From Limisphaerales bacterium (GTDB lineage Bacteria; Verrucomicrobiota; Verrucomicrobiia; Limisphaerales; JAJOIW01), in contig CBFHOE010000003.1 in assembly GCA_965657355.1 (NCBI GenBank), positions 373,520-437,519 of the forward strand: a DNA stretch of 64,000 nt. The letters are read 5' to 3'. The position numbers and the translations under genes were made by a program. Positions 1-10,148 of the stretch are shown here, piece by piece. Below the pieces are notes generated by a model, which was given only the letters and a program-made list of their open reading frames with translations, was not told the origin of the DNA and searched no databases. How positions within the stretch are numbered: position 1 is the first letter of the stretch; each line of letters starts with the position of its first letter.

Positions 1-45
1 TTTTCACGTAACTTTATATTCTTAGGCGTAACAGCCACCTATTAA
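1..45 (+). CDS. C-terminal fragment of a probable outer-membrane beta-barrel protein (partial, runs off the window start)
   Basis: Frame 1 reads FSRNFIFLGVTATY-stop: an alternating hydrophobic strand ending in an aromatic residue (beta-signal-like), followed by a terminator and then a Wzc/OPX pair. Confidence 0.6.
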   Translation, partial: FSRNFIFLGVTATY

Positions 46-77
46 TATTTTAATTCTGATTTTAATCTGTGTTAATT

Positions 78-107
78 AAAAGAGCCGGTTAGACCGGCTC
101 TTTTTTT
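78..107 (+). terminator. Rho-independent terminator
   Basis: AAAAGAGCCGGT-TAG-ACCGGCTCTTTT perfect stem followed by a T tract. Confidence 0.85.
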
Positions 108-251
108 ATTTTAAAGCTATTGAGAGGAAGTCCATTAGCAGGCACTCAGTCACAAAATTCTATCTTTCTTTTGAAAAATATTTTTGTTTTCTGTCACAAT
201 TATTCTGTGCTACCTTCTTGAGGCTGGATATGATCTAGCCTCTTTTTATTT

Positions 252-2471
252 ATGGAAAAGTTCAAAGCACCAGAGGAATCGCAGGATAAGCTTCATTTTC
301 TGGATTATTGGAGAGTCATCCGAATCCGTAAGGCTATCATATTTACAGTGTTCTGTATTGTTCTCTTGTCCTCAGCGATTTTCACCAACTTCATGCCCGA
401 GAAGTTTCGGAGCTTTGCAAGAATGGACATTCAGAAGGATGCCCCCGACATTGGCACTTTTGAATCATACAGTTATAGCGGAATGGGGTTTGATCCATAT
501 TGGATGCAGACTCAGTTCGAAATCATCAAATCGACCGCTGTCCTTTACCCTGTCATCTATGACCTCAATCTGCAGCTGAAGTATGGAGAAAAATACGGTG
601 ATGGAACGGAAATGAAGCTGGATACTACTTACAAGATCCTATCTGGTTCTGTAAGTCTTTCTCAAACTCGTAACACTTCGATAATCAAGGTTTCTGCCAC
701 AACGTATGACCCGGACCTTGCTGCCGAGATTGCCAACAAAGTTGTTGAAAAATATAAGCTGTTTAGGACGAATAAGCAAAAATCAGCAACTGGGCGGGGC
801 CTAGAATCACTCGAGGGAAAAGTGAGCGAAGTTCAATCTGAGATCACCCAGCTGGAAGATCTCATCGCCAAAATCAAAAAGGAACAAAATATTGATGACT
901 ACAGCAGTAGCGAACTCGATGCTTTTGTGCTCACAGAGGATCCTGGAACTATCCAGGTCTTGGCTCGTGAGGAGGCAACCGAGAAACGTGTTTACCTCAG
1001 TAGTAAGCGATTATACGACCAACTTTTAGCCCTAAAAGACCAACCTAGAAAGCTGCAAGAAGTTGTCGAGACAGTTTCCCCTGACGTACGTCTTACACAA
1101 TTGTTAACCGATGCCTCTGTTTTGGAAACTCAATTGGCCGGGGACAGAAATCGATTTACTGATGACCATCCAGATGTGAGGAGAGGGGAAATAATGCAAG
1201 AAAGTATTTCTTCCCAAATAATCCGAAGAATTGATGGTATTGTTGAGGGTTATAGAGTTCGTACAGACGAAGCAAAGCAAAAATGGGATTCCACGACTCA
1301 GGAATTAGAAAATTACAAAGAGGTGATGAGAATGCGCAACACAAAGTATGCAGGCTACATCACCGCCAAAAGAGACCTTGCGAGAGAAAAGAAAATTTTA
1401 GACTCCCTCAAGCTAAAAATTGCTCAGGTTCAAATAGATAATAGTATTGAACGTGAGAGTGAGGTATACCCTATCGATCCAGGCATCGCAGACACAAAAC
1501 CTGTCAGTCCGAGCTGGCCACTCAACCTCATACTCGGCGGAATAATCGGCTTCACAATTGGTGTAGGTCTTGCCTTCTTCATTGAATATCTAGATACCTC
1601 GGTCAAAACCATTGATGATGTTGAAAGAGCATTGCAAGCGCCCGTATTGGGAGTTATCCCACAAAACGTGGGTGCTATTATTGAAGAAGGTCCTGACAGT
1701 CCTCATGCTGAAGCATACCGCGTCTTGCGCACTAACCTTCTTTTTTCCCGGAAAGACAAAAACGCCAACACGTTTTCGGTTGTTTCTGGTGGAGCCGGTG
1801 AGGGTAAGTCGACAACTCTTTTCAATTTGGCAACTATTTTCGCTCAAAACAATGAGAGAGTTTTAGTTGTGGACTCTGATTTACGACGCCCTTCCATTCA
1901 CAAGATCATGGGTATCTCCAACTCTCTTGGGCTGACCAATTATCTATTAGGGCAGAATCCTTTGGAAGAAGTCATCCAGACCACCAAGATCCCCACTTTG
2001 GACGTCCTGCCATCAGGTAAGCTACCATCCAGCTCAATGGGCATATTGAACTCCCCGCAGATGAAGGAGCTCGTTGAAATACTCGGAAAAAGATATGATT
2101 ACGTTTTCTTTGATTCCCCACCAATCATGGGTATCAGTGATGCTTCAGTCTTGGCTTCTCTCGTCGGCCACACCGTCCAAGTTATCCAATACAGAAAATA
2201 TCCGCAGGCCATGACAATTCGAGCTAAGCAGCTCGTCCAAAAGATTTCCAACAACCTAGCGGGTGTCGTTCTCAATAACATCAACATGTCCCAGGATTCG
2301 GATTACTACTACTACAGTGGTTATTATTATGACTATTACTATTCCAGAAACGAGGACTCCAATCCGGACGCCAAAAAGAACAAAGGTAAAAATGGCAAAC
2401 CGGCTAAATTGTCGAGTGGCTCTCGTTCAGAGAAACCGGGATCTGTTTCAGAAATAAAACAAAAGTATTGA
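252..2471 (+). CDS. wzc: Polysaccharide co-polymerase / BY-kinase tyrosine autokinase (Wzc-like)
   Basis: Two TM segments flank a coiled-coil periplasmic region; Walker A GAGEGKST, A' VVDSDLRRP, Walker B FFDSPP; C-terminal Tyr cluster YYYYSGYYYDYYY. Confidence 0.92.
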   Translation: MEKFKAPEESQDKLHFLDYWRVIRIRKAIIFTVFCIVLLSSAIFTNFMPEKFRSFARMDIQKDAPDIGTFESYSYSGMGFDPYWMQTQFEIIKSTAVLYPVIYDLNLQLKYGEKYGDGTEMKLDTTYKILSGSVSLSQTRNTSIIKVSATTYDPDLAAEIANKVVEKYKLFRTNKQKSATGRGLESLEGKVSEVQSEITQLEDLIAKIKKEQNIDDYSSSELDAFVLTEDPGTIQVLAREEATEKRVYLSSKRLYDQLLALKDQPRKLQEVVETVSPDVRLTQLLTDASVLETQLAGDRNRFTDDHPDVRRGEIMQESISSQIIRRIDGIVEGYRVRTDEAKQKWDSTTQELENYKEVMRMRNTKYAGYITAKRDLAREKKILDSLKLKIAQVQIDNSIERESEVYPIDPGIADTKPVSPSWPLNLILGGIIGFTIGVGLAFFIEYLDTSVKTIDDVERALQAPVLGVIPQNVGAIIEEGPDSPHAEAYRVLRTNLLFSRKDKNANTFSVVSGGAGEGKSTTLFNLATIFAQNNERVLVVDSDLRRPSIHKIMGISNSLGLTNYLLGQNPLEEVIQTTKIPTLDVLPSGKLPSSSMGILNSPQMKELVEILGKRYDYVFFDSPPIMGISDASVLASLVGHTVQVIQYRKYPQAMTIRAKQLVQKISNNLAGVVLNNINMSQDSDYYYYSGYYYDYYYSRNEDSNPDAKKNKGKNGKPAKLSSGSRSEKPGSVSEIKQKY

Positions 2472-2506
2472 GTCTAAAAAATTTCTAAATAAATTATTTT
2501 GATCGC

Positions 2507-3091
2507 ATGGATTTTAAGGTGATGAATTTTCGAGCTATATTTCATTTTTCAGCCCTCGTTGTGTTGGCTGCCGGGCTCATTGGGTGCCAACCCGTCCCAG
2601 ACAGCCCACCCCATATTCCTAATCTTTACCTAAAGACTGGTGATACGATTATCATCCAATACGGCGGGGTAGGAGCTCCTCCCAGCTTTACAACAAGAGT
2701 CAACAGTGATGGAACTATTTCTCCACCTCCCAGTGAGATTGGCTCTATTAAAGCCCAAGGCAAGCGGGTTGGAGACCTTGAAAAAGAGCTTCAAACAAAA
2801 ATAAACGCCTACTATAAGCAATTGGTTGTCAATGTTGAGGATGTTCGATACATCTATGTTTCTGGGGAGGTCAATATGGAAGGCAAGATCCAAAATTCAG
2901 AGGATCTTACTCTTTTGAAAGTTATCTCCGCAGCCAGAGGTTTCAACAACTTTGCCAACGAGAAAAAGATATTGCTCATCAGAGAAGGAAAGAGGTATTA
3001 CCTGAACGCAGATAAAGCGCTTTCCAATCCAGCTTACGATTACCGCATTTATCCCGGAGATCAGATCACTGTTGAGAGAAGAATCTTCTAA
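2507..3091 (+). CDS. Polysaccharide export protein (short OPX/Wza-like lipoprotein, Poly_export + SLBB)
   Basis: Lipobox LIGC; LKTGDTIII...RVNSDGTI...IGSIKAQG export motif; IYVSGEV and IYPGDQITV SLBB motifs; next to wzc. Confidence 0.85.
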   Translation: MDFKVMNFRAIFHFSALVVLAAGLIGCQPVPDSPPHIPNLYLKTGDTIIIQYGGVGAPPSFTTRVNSDGTISPPPSEIGSIKAQGKRVGDLEKELQTKINAYYKQLVVNVEDVRYIYVSGEVNMEGKIQNSEDLTLLKVISAARGFNNFANEKKILLIREGKRYYLNADKALSNPAYDYRIYPGDQITVERRIF

Positions 3092-3093
3092 TC

Positions 3094-3504
3094 GTGTATC
3101 AGCTCAGATGTCTAAATAGGAAAAACACCCGTAAAGGGCACGATCAAATTTATAGTCTCGAGAACTCCCAAAACATTGGGAGTTCTCCTTTTTCTGACCA
3201 TGGCATCAAAATCAACGACGCCAGTCTCTATGGTCAACACTGCAGGATTTTCAAAAATAAGAATCAATGGATCGTCGAGGCATTAGATGCCCCCTCTATC
3301 GGGGTGAACGAAAAAAACGTTTCCAGATCAGAAATTCATCCAGGTGATTTGCTGGAATTTGGCGACTTCCTGCTGCAATTTGAAATGTCTCCTCCTTTGA
3401 GGAAAAACGTATTTTTCGCTGATAATATTTGGATTTTCTGGGCATTTTTTGCCATTACCCTTCAAATCCTGATCGTTATTTTTCTTGAATTCGTTACGAA
3501 TTAA
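3094..3504 (+). CDS. FHA-like domain protein with C-terminal TM anchor
   Basis: IGS..D...I.D...QHCRI...W.VE...VN...I.PGDLLEFG FHA-like pattern; hydrophobic C-terminus. Confidence 0.7.
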   Translation: MYQLRCLNRKNTRKGHDQIYSLENSQNIGSSPFSDHGIKINDASLYGQHCRIFKNKNQWIVEALDAPSIGVNEKNVSRSEIHPGDLLEFGDFLLQFEMSPPLRKNVFFADNIWIFWAFFAITLQILIVIFLEFVTN

Positions 3505-3540
3505 TCCATAACCAGACATTCTGATTAAGAGTCGTATATT

Positions 3541-4305
3541 ATGTTTAGGCCCTGCATAGACCTGCACCAAGGAAAGGTAAAACAAATAGTCGGTGGGACA
3601 CTTTCTGATAGCTCAGGAAAAAGCGACTTAAAAACTAATTTTACAAGTGAAAAGCCTGCTGGCTGGTATGCTGATTTATACAAACATGACAGACTTTATG
3701 GTGGCCACGTCATTATGTTAGGGCCTGGTAATGAACAAGCGGCTATTGAAGCTCTCGCCGCCTTCCCTGGCGGTCTCCAAGTCGGAGGAGGTATAAACCC
3801 AGAAAATGCACTAAATTATTTAAGGGCCGGAGCTTCCCATGTGATTGTGACCTCGTATTTATTTTCAGGAAGGGTGTTGGACAGAGAAAAACTCCATCAA
3901 ATCTCCAGTAAGGTTGGTAGGGATAATCTTGTGATAGATTTAAGTTGTCGTCGAAAAGGTTCTGATTATTTTGTAGTGACTGATCGATGGCAGACATATA
4001 CGGACGCTGTTGTTAGGGAAGGGTTGCTGAGTGATTTATCTCAATACTGCGCTGAATTCCTTGTGCATGGCGTTGACGTAGAAGGATTATGTCAAGGAAT
4101 TGAATTGGACTTAGTCCGCCTTCTGGCTGCCCATTCACCGATTCCTGCCACATATGCCGGTGGGGCACGATCTCTTGATGATTTAAAGCTTGTTTATAAA
4201 GAGGGACATGGAAAAGTTGGTCTTACCATTGGCTCCGCTCTGGACATTTTTGGAGGAAATGGAGTGCGCTACAAGGACGTGCTCGCTTTCCAAAAAAATC
4301 TCTGA
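3541..4305 (+). CDS. hisA: ProFAR isomerase, eukaryotic His6-type HisA
   Basis: FRPCIDLHQGKVKQIVGGTL, GGHVIMLG, LQVGGGI, ASHVIVTSY, EFLVHGVDVEGL, LTIGSALDIFGG motifs. Confidence 0.92.
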   Translation: MFRPCIDLHQGKVKQIVGGTLSDSSGKSDLKTNFTSEKPAGWYADLYKHDRLYGGHVIMLGPGNEQAAIEALAAFPGGLQVGGGINPENALNYLRAGASHVIVTSYLFSGRVLDREKLHQISSKVGRDNLVIDLSCRRKGSDYFVVTDRWQTYTDAVVREGLLSDLSQYCAEFLVHGVDVEGLCQGIELDLVRLLAAHSPIPATYAGGARSLDDLKLVYKEGHGKVGLTIGSALDIFGGNGVRYKDVLAFQKNL

Positions 4306-4403
4306 AATATTTGAGTGGGACTCGAAGGGCGTCTTATTTACACATTTGACGTCGACATGGTTTCTCCACAATAAAAAGTACAATTTTCAAATGGGTAAGA
4401 TTC

Positions 4404-7400
4404 ATGAAGTTTCATTTTCTCCATCTAAATAGCCTGATTTATCTCACCGGTTTATTATTTGTTTTTGGTGGCCAATACATATTAGGTCAAGAGACCAATG
4501 AGAGTATTGTTGATGAGGCTGTGAGTGATGTTTCCAAACTAAAGGCAGAATTGGTATCTGTTGAAACCCTTCTGAATGAAGCCGAACTAACGGATGAGCT
4601 CAAAAAGAAATACGAAGCTCAAATACAGGATATAAAAACAAATATAGCCGGTGTTGAGGCCAATCAGAAGGATACCAAAAATTATCAATTGGTTATTGAG
4701 AAATACCTTACTATTAAGTCTGACCTAGATTCTAAATTAAAAAATCTCAAAGAAAGTTCATCCCAGACCAATGAGGCTCAGAGTCCCGGGCGAGATCAGC
4801 AGTCCATAAATATAGAGGATCTGGATAGTGCCAAGATTGAAAATGAAATAGCAGCTTCCAAATCAAAGCAAACAACATTAAAAGCCGAACAAAAAGCCCT
4901 CGATGAAATTTATACCACACAGACCAATAGGCCCGTACAAATTGAAAAAGAACTGAGTGAATTAAAACTCCAATCTACAAGTGAAAATATGATCAGTGTC
5001 GATGGAGAAACGGATACCGGTTCGGATCTCTTGGGTATGAAATTAAATAATCTTCATTCCGATAGTAAAAAATTATTTGATATTTCTCTGGAGCAAAAGC
5101 TTAACGAAGAGCTTAATTCACATCCTCAGAGATATGCTGTTATTCAACTCCGACGGGAAATTAAATCCCTTGAAATCGAAAATTTAAATACTTCGATTGA
5201 CCGTTTGAGTGAACAGTTAAAGTTGGCGCGAGACTCCGAAGCACGGCAAGTCGAATCCGAAGCCGAGCTTGAGAGTCAAAAAATAGACACTGAAAATGAA
5301 ACAATAATAAAAATTAGAAATGACAATGTTGCCTATGCTTCAGAAAAATCCGATTTGACTGAGAAATTGAGCAAATATGAATCATTATCTGGTGCTGAGG
5401 AAACGGCTATGGAGACCTTTCGACTGGAGTTCGATAGCTTTCAACGCGAGATTGGAGACGGCGGGTCAGAGAATATTATCGCAGAGGTGCTTCTCGATTC
5501 TTTGCAAAGGTCAGAGCAAAGAATTCAAAAAGGCTTTAGTGATGATGAAGCTATCAAGGATCTGAGGAAATCCAAGCAACAAAGATTTAAATACGAAAGG
5601 CTCATCGCAGAAAATATTGAAAACGAATCTATAATTCGAAAGAAGGCGCAAAACGTAGAACTTAACGAAGAGGATCGGGTAAAACTTCTTGAATTGTTAT
5701 CAAATCAGTTAGCCTTATTACGGGGGCTAGAGGAAGGTGAAAGAAAACTAGCACTCGAAATTGCTAAAATTATATCTATTCAAGATCAATTCTCTCGATT
5801 GCTAAAAGAGAATGTGAAGTTCATAAATCGTCACTTAATGTGGGTGCCGACGTCGCGGCCGGTTTGGGAATATTCTCAATCAATGGAAATTCTTAAAAAG
5901 GAAATTCCAGCGATTAAAAATCGATCGCGCATTGTATTTTCCCGGCTCAAAAGTCGTCAGGCTCTTCTGGAGCTTACAATTACTGTCATAGCTTACCTAT
6001 TGGTCATGGGTTATTTATTGGTTAACTCGAAGTCATTTACAAATAAGCTCAATAAAAATTCAGAATCGGTAAGAAGAATATCAACGGATAAGTTCACATA
6101 CACATTTCAATCCATTTTTATTTCTTTCATTTTGCCATTTCGTGTTTCTTTGGTTTTTCTACTTGGATCGATTTGGTTGTTTAGACAATTTGATGCTCTT
6201 TCGATGGGCGGTGGTTTGGCTTATGGTCTGCTGTTCGTTTGGATATCAGTTCATTGGCATTTATTTATTAAACTCCTGGCCCGCCGTAACAGCGTCTTCG
6301 ATTGCCACTTCAAATGGAAAAATGCTTTTTATGAAAAGGGAGTGGCCAACTTGCAATGGTTTCTGCCTTTGTTTTCAGCCCTAGGCTTAATCATTGTTGT
6401 TTCCGAGATTTCCGGAGAAATTTTGCTCAGGGAGATTTTTATCGCTCCTGTGATTATCGTATTTTTAATTCTAATATTTTTCTACTACCGCTCCTCAATA
6501 GGACCTAAAGGGCTTCATTTGCACGAATTTGTTAATCGATCTGAAGTGGGTTGGTTAATTAGGTTTTGTGGATTTTGGAAGGTGTCCGGGTATGTTATTC
6601 TGTTGGCGCTCATTCTTTTGTCGGCCTCTGGTTATCAATATGCTGCCTACAATATAGGTCTCCGTATTTTAGTTTCTGGCATTTTTCTGGCCTTTGGACT
6701 TTTAGTTTATTTTTCGGGTGTTCGGTGGTTTTTAGTTAAAGAACGAAGGGTCGCCTTAGAAAAAGCTTTGGAAAAAAGGCGCGCTCAAATTGCTCAAGCT
6801 TCTGAAGAAGACAAGAGCAAAATTCAAGCTTCCCATTCAGTAGATGATGCTGATGAATTCGATTTGTCCCAAGTCCAGGGACAAACCAGAAGATTTGTAA
6901 AATCGTTATTTTCATTATACGCGCTTTTTGGTGTTTGGCTTTTGTGGGCAGACTTTTTTCCTGCACTTGAATTCCTTGAACAAGTCAAACTTTGGTCCTA
7001 CTCAGTCATGGATGGTGATCAACTGACAGATAAGTGGATTAGTTTATTCGACGTTATCCTTCTTATTGTGGTCATCATATTAACAACTACCGCCGCTAGA
7101 AATATTCCCGGAGTTATTGAGATTATCCTTCTGGAGCGGCTGCCGCTTCAGGCTGGCGTGAGATACGCAGTGACAACTGTATTTCAGTATTTGGTAGTCG
7201 CGGCGGGATTAATTATTATCTTCAACGCACTCGGTTTTAAATTTGAGCAATTCAGCTGGATTCTTGCGGCTCTTAGCTTGGGGCTCGGATTTGGCCTGCA
7301 AGAAGTAGTTGCCAATTTTGTTTGTGGGATTTTACTGCTCCTGGAGCGCCCCATTCGGGTCGGTGACATTGTCACCGTCGGAGGAACAACAGGTGTCGTA

Positions 7401-7844
7401 TCTAAAATTAGAATACGTGCGACCACAGTCACTGACTGGGATAAAAAAGAATTTATTGTTCCTAATAAAGAATTTATCACAGGAAAAATATTAAATTGGA
7501 CTCTGTCCAATAAGTTGAACAGAGTTGTGATAAAACTCGGTGTCGCGTATGGAACCAATCTCGAGCATTGTTTTAAGGTGACCCGAGACATCCTCGAGAG
7601 TCACGATGATATCTTAAGTGACCCATCACCGATGATTACTTTTGATGGCTTCTTGGATAGCTCGCTGAGTATCACGATACGTTTCTTTCTTGCCAACCTC
7701 GATAGGAGGCTGGGTGTCACCAATGAAATCCATACCCAAATTCATGATCGATTTATGCAAGAAAAAATTGAAATACCTTTCCCTCAAAGGGACATCAACA
7801 TCACCTCTGATACTGAAATCAAGGGCCCCGACATTTCATCATAG
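4404..7844 (+). CDS. Mechanosensitive channel, large MscK/KefA-like member of the MscS family
   Basis: Signal peptide, long coiled coil, many TM helices; ALSLGLGFGLQEVVANFVCG...ERPIRVGD...IRIRATT...IVPN...IPFPQRDI MscS core. Confidence 0.9.
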   Translation: MKFHFLHLNSLIYLTGLLFVFGGQYILGQETNESIVDEAVSDVSKLKAELVSVETLLNEAELTDELKKKYEAQIQDIKTNIAGVEANQKDTKNYQLVIEKYLTIKSDLDSKLKNLKESSSQTNEAQSPGRDQQSINIEDLDSAKIENEIAASKSKQTTLKAEQKALDEIYTTQTNRPVQIEKELSELKLQSTSENMISVDGETDTGSDLLGMKLNNLHSDSKKLFDISLEQKLNEELNSHPQRYAVIQLRREIKSLEIENLNTSIDRLSEQLKLARDSEARQVESEAELESQKIDTENETIIKIRNDNVAYASEKSDLTEKLSKYESLSGAEETAMETFRLEFDSFQREIGDGGSENIIAEVLLDSLQRSEQRIQKGFSDDEAIKDLRKSKQQRFKYERLIAENIENESIIRKKAQNVELNEEDRVKLLELLSNQLALLRGLEEGERKLALEIAKIISIQDQFSRLLKENVKFINRHLMWVPTSRPVWEYSQSMEILKKEIPAIKNRSRIVFSRLKSRQALLELTITVIAYLLVMGYLLVNSKSFTNKLNKNSESVRRISTDKFTYTFQSIFISFILPFRVSLVFLLGSIWLFRQFDALSMGGGLAYGLLFVWISVHWHLFIKLLARRNSVFDCHFKWKNAFYEKGVANLQWFLPLFSALGLIIVVSEISGEILLREIFIAPVIIVFLILIFFYYRSSIGPKGLHLHEFVNRSEVGWLIRFCGFWKVSGYVILLALILLSASGYQYAAYNIGLRILVSGIFLAFGLLVYFSGVRWFLVKERRVALEKALEKRRAQIAQASEEDKSKIQASHSVDDADEFDLSQVQGQTRRFVKSLFSLYALFGVWLLWADFFPALEFLEQVKLWSYSVMDGDQLTDKWISLFDVILLIVVIILTTTAARNIPGVIEIILLERLPLQAGVRYAVTTVFQYLVVAAGLIIIFNALGFKFEQFSWILAALSLGLGFGLQEVVANFVCGILLLLERPIRVGDIVTVGGTTGVVSKIRIRATTVTDWDKKEFIVPNKEFITGKILNWTLSNKLNRVVIKLGVAYGTNLEHCFKVTRDILESHDDILSDPSPMITFDGFLDSSLSITIRFFLANLDRRLGVTNEIHTQIHDRFMQEKIEIPFPQRDINITSDTEIKGPDISS

Positions 7845-7904
7845 TATTTTTATGAAGAATGTATTCCCCAAAAGCTCTACTTTCTGATAAGCAATCTGTA
7901 GGTT

Positions 7905-9188
7905 ATGCAGAATATTATCGATGAGCTCGAATGGAGGGGCTTATATGCAGATTGCACTGATTTAGAAGGATTAAGAAAAAGGCTCGCTGATGGGCCTGTC
8001 ACTTTATACTGTGGATTTGACCCCACTGCCGACAGCCTTCATGTGGGAAACCTCGTTCCACTTCTTACCTTAAGAAGGTTTCAATTAGCTGGGCATTCTC
8101 CAATTGCTCTTGCTGGAGGCGCTACTGGACTTATCGGTGATCCATCCGGGAAATCGAGTGAAAGAAACCTTCTCACCCGTGAGTCGTTGCAAACCAATGT
8201 TGACGGAGTTGAGCCTCAACTCAAAAAATTCTTGGACTTTGATTCTTCATCAAATCCTGCGCAGCTTAAAAATAATGCGGATTGGACGGCCCCGATGTCC
8301 TATCTCGACTTTCTTAGGGATATTGGAAAGCACTTTAGCATTAATATGATGGTGAATAAGGAGAGCGTCAGGGCTCGAATGCAAGATCGCGACAGCGGGA
8401 TCAGCTACACGGAATTTAGTTATATGCTGCTTCAAGCGTTTGATTTCTATGTATTACAAAAAGAACATCATTGTGATTTACAAATTGGTGGATCTGATCA
8501 ATGGGGGAACATCACCGCAGGGATGGACCTGTGTAAAAAGAAAAACGGTAAATCTGCATACGGCCTCACATTACCACTTATCACAAACTCAGACGGTTCA
8601 AAATTTGGCAAAAGTGTCGATGGTGCTGTCTGGCTGAGTTCAGAAAAAACTAGTCCTTATAAGTTTTATCAATTCTGGATTAATGTGGACGACCGGGACA
8701 TTATTAAGTTTTTAAAATTCTTTACCTTTTTGGACAAAGAAACGATCGAGGAGCTTGCAACCAAACACAGCGAGAATCCTGGCCGGCGTGAAGCTCATAG
8801 GAGACTGGCCAAAGAGATGACCGATCTGATTCATGGCGAATCTGCAACTGAGGAAGCAATCAAAGCTAGCCAAATACTCTTCGGAGGCGGGCTTGATGGA
8901 ATTACTAAATCAATTTTTCTGGAAATAGCCGGGGAAGTGCCAACTATCAATATGCCCCTAAGCGAATTTGATGGAGATGGGATTGGCTTATTGGATCTTC
9001 TTGTTAGGTCGAAGCTATGTCAATCGAAAGGCCAGGCTCGAAAAGATGTACAGGGTGGGGGAGTTAATATTAATAATATCCGGCAAAGTGACCCCTTACT
9101 TTTCGTCGCTAAAAGTCACCTTTTGTTCGACCAATATATCTTACTAAGAAAAGGTAAGAAAAACTATGTCGTGGTGAATGCTCAATAA
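7905..9188 (+). CDS. tyrS: Tyrosine--tRNA ligase
   Basis: YCGFDPTADSLHVGN (HIGH), QIGGSDQWGNI, KFGKS (KMSKS), C-terminal S4 domain ending LRKGKK. Confidence 0.97.
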   Translation: MQNIIDELEWRGLYADCTDLEGLRKRLADGPVTLYCGFDPTADSLHVGNLVPLLTLRRFQLAGHSPIALAGGATGLIGDPSGKSSERNLLTRESLQTNVDGVEPQLKKFLDFDSSSNPAQLKNNADWTAPMSYLDFLRDIGKHFSINMMVNKESVRARMQDRDSGISYTEFSYMLLQAFDFYVLQKEHHCDLQIGGSDQWGNITAGMDLCKKKNGKSAYGLTLPLITNSDGSKFGKSVDGAVWLSSEKTSPYKFYQFWINVDDRDIIKFLKFFTFLDKETIEELATKHSENPGRREAHRRLAKEMTDLIHGESATEEAIKASQILFGGGLDGITKSIFLEIAGEVPTINMPLSEFDGDGIGLLDLLVRSKLCQSKGQARKDVQGGGVNINNIRQSDPLLFVAKSHLLFDQYILLRKGKKNYVVVNAQ

Positions 9189-10046
9189 TTAGGGTAGGGA
9201 TGATGTTTTCATGAGCTCCCATAGTTTCGAATGCATGAGCTCCGCCATTGGGGAGACAGGAAAAAATTTCTTATCAATTTGTGAGATGGCACGAACGCCC
9301 TTCACGCTATTGGTTAAAAGAAGCGTCGTGTTGTCAGGAAGTTGAGAAAGTCCAATTCTTACTTGCCGATGTTTTATTCCTAGAGATTCGGCTACTTTAA
9401 TGAGGACGGGAGCTGTTGTGCCAGGCAGAGCTCCGCAGTCCGCTGATGGACAAATGAGAGTGTTTTCATCTTCTATATATCCGAAGAAATTCCCACTAGC
9501 CCATTCCGCAATATGGTTGCTTTCATTTAAAATGAGAGCTTCATCGTAACCTTGGTTTTGGGCTTCTAAGGCAGCCATTACGTAATTTAGTCTGCTTGTC
9601 GACTTAATCATTTGTAAGGGATCCTTTGAGTAGATTTTTATGGAGGAAAGTGACGAACGAATCGAATTAAAATCCCTGCCGGAGTCCGGCCGGAGATAAA
9701 TCGTTTTAAGGCATACCCCATCTGGTTTCGGGATGTATCCGATCGATTCTGAGCCACGGGATATAGCAATCCTGGCCACAGCATCAGATTTTCCCGTTTT
9801 ATTAATCAATGCCGCGATTCCTCCCAAAAGTTCCTCCGAAGATACTTCAGTATTGAATTTGCAGAAATTTAATCCATGCGAAAGGCGCTCCATGTGGCTA
9901 TCCCAATTCAAAGCTTTTTTGCCAATGATTTTGACAGTTTCGAAAAGCCCATCACCTAATGAAAAAGATCGATCGCGGGGAGAAATCGGAGTGATTTCCT
10001 CCGATTTCAGCTTTCCATTCACCCAAAACTCATTATAAAATTTCAT
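9189..10046 (-). CDS. PLP-dependent aminotransferase class IV (PabC/IlvE-like)
   Basis: DRSFSLGDGLFET, HMERL, catalytic-Lys region IKSTSRLNYVMA, DEALILN, ALPGTT, LTNSVKG. Confidence 0.85.
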   Translation of the reverse strand: MKFYNEFWVNGKLKSEEITPISPRDRSFSLGDGLFETVKIIGKKALNWDSHMERLSHGLNFCKFNTEVSSEELLGGIAALINKTGKSDAVARIAISRGSESIGYIPKPDGVCLKTIYLRPDSGRDFNSIRSSLSSIKIYSKDPLQMIKSTSRLNYVMAALEAQNQGYDEALILNESNHIAEWASGNFFGYIEDENTLICPSADCGALPGTTAPVLIKVAESLGIKHRQVRIGLSQLPDNTTLLLTNSVKGVRAISQIDKKFFPVSPMAELMHSKLWELMKTSSLP

Positions 10047-10148
10047 TTTAATTTTATTTCATTATCTTTTCTCGAGTTCTTTTTGAAAAGTGTGTAACAT
10101 TTTTAATTAAATTGCATCAATTACGCATAATAGTTTTACGAGTAAATT

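Noticed and set aside
184..579. 131-aa ORF overlapping the wzc start
   Set aside because: Alternative frame of a well-supported gene; no motifs
2302..2342. TAC/TAT microsatellite-like tract
   Set aside because: Explained by the Tyr-cluster codons of the BY-kinase
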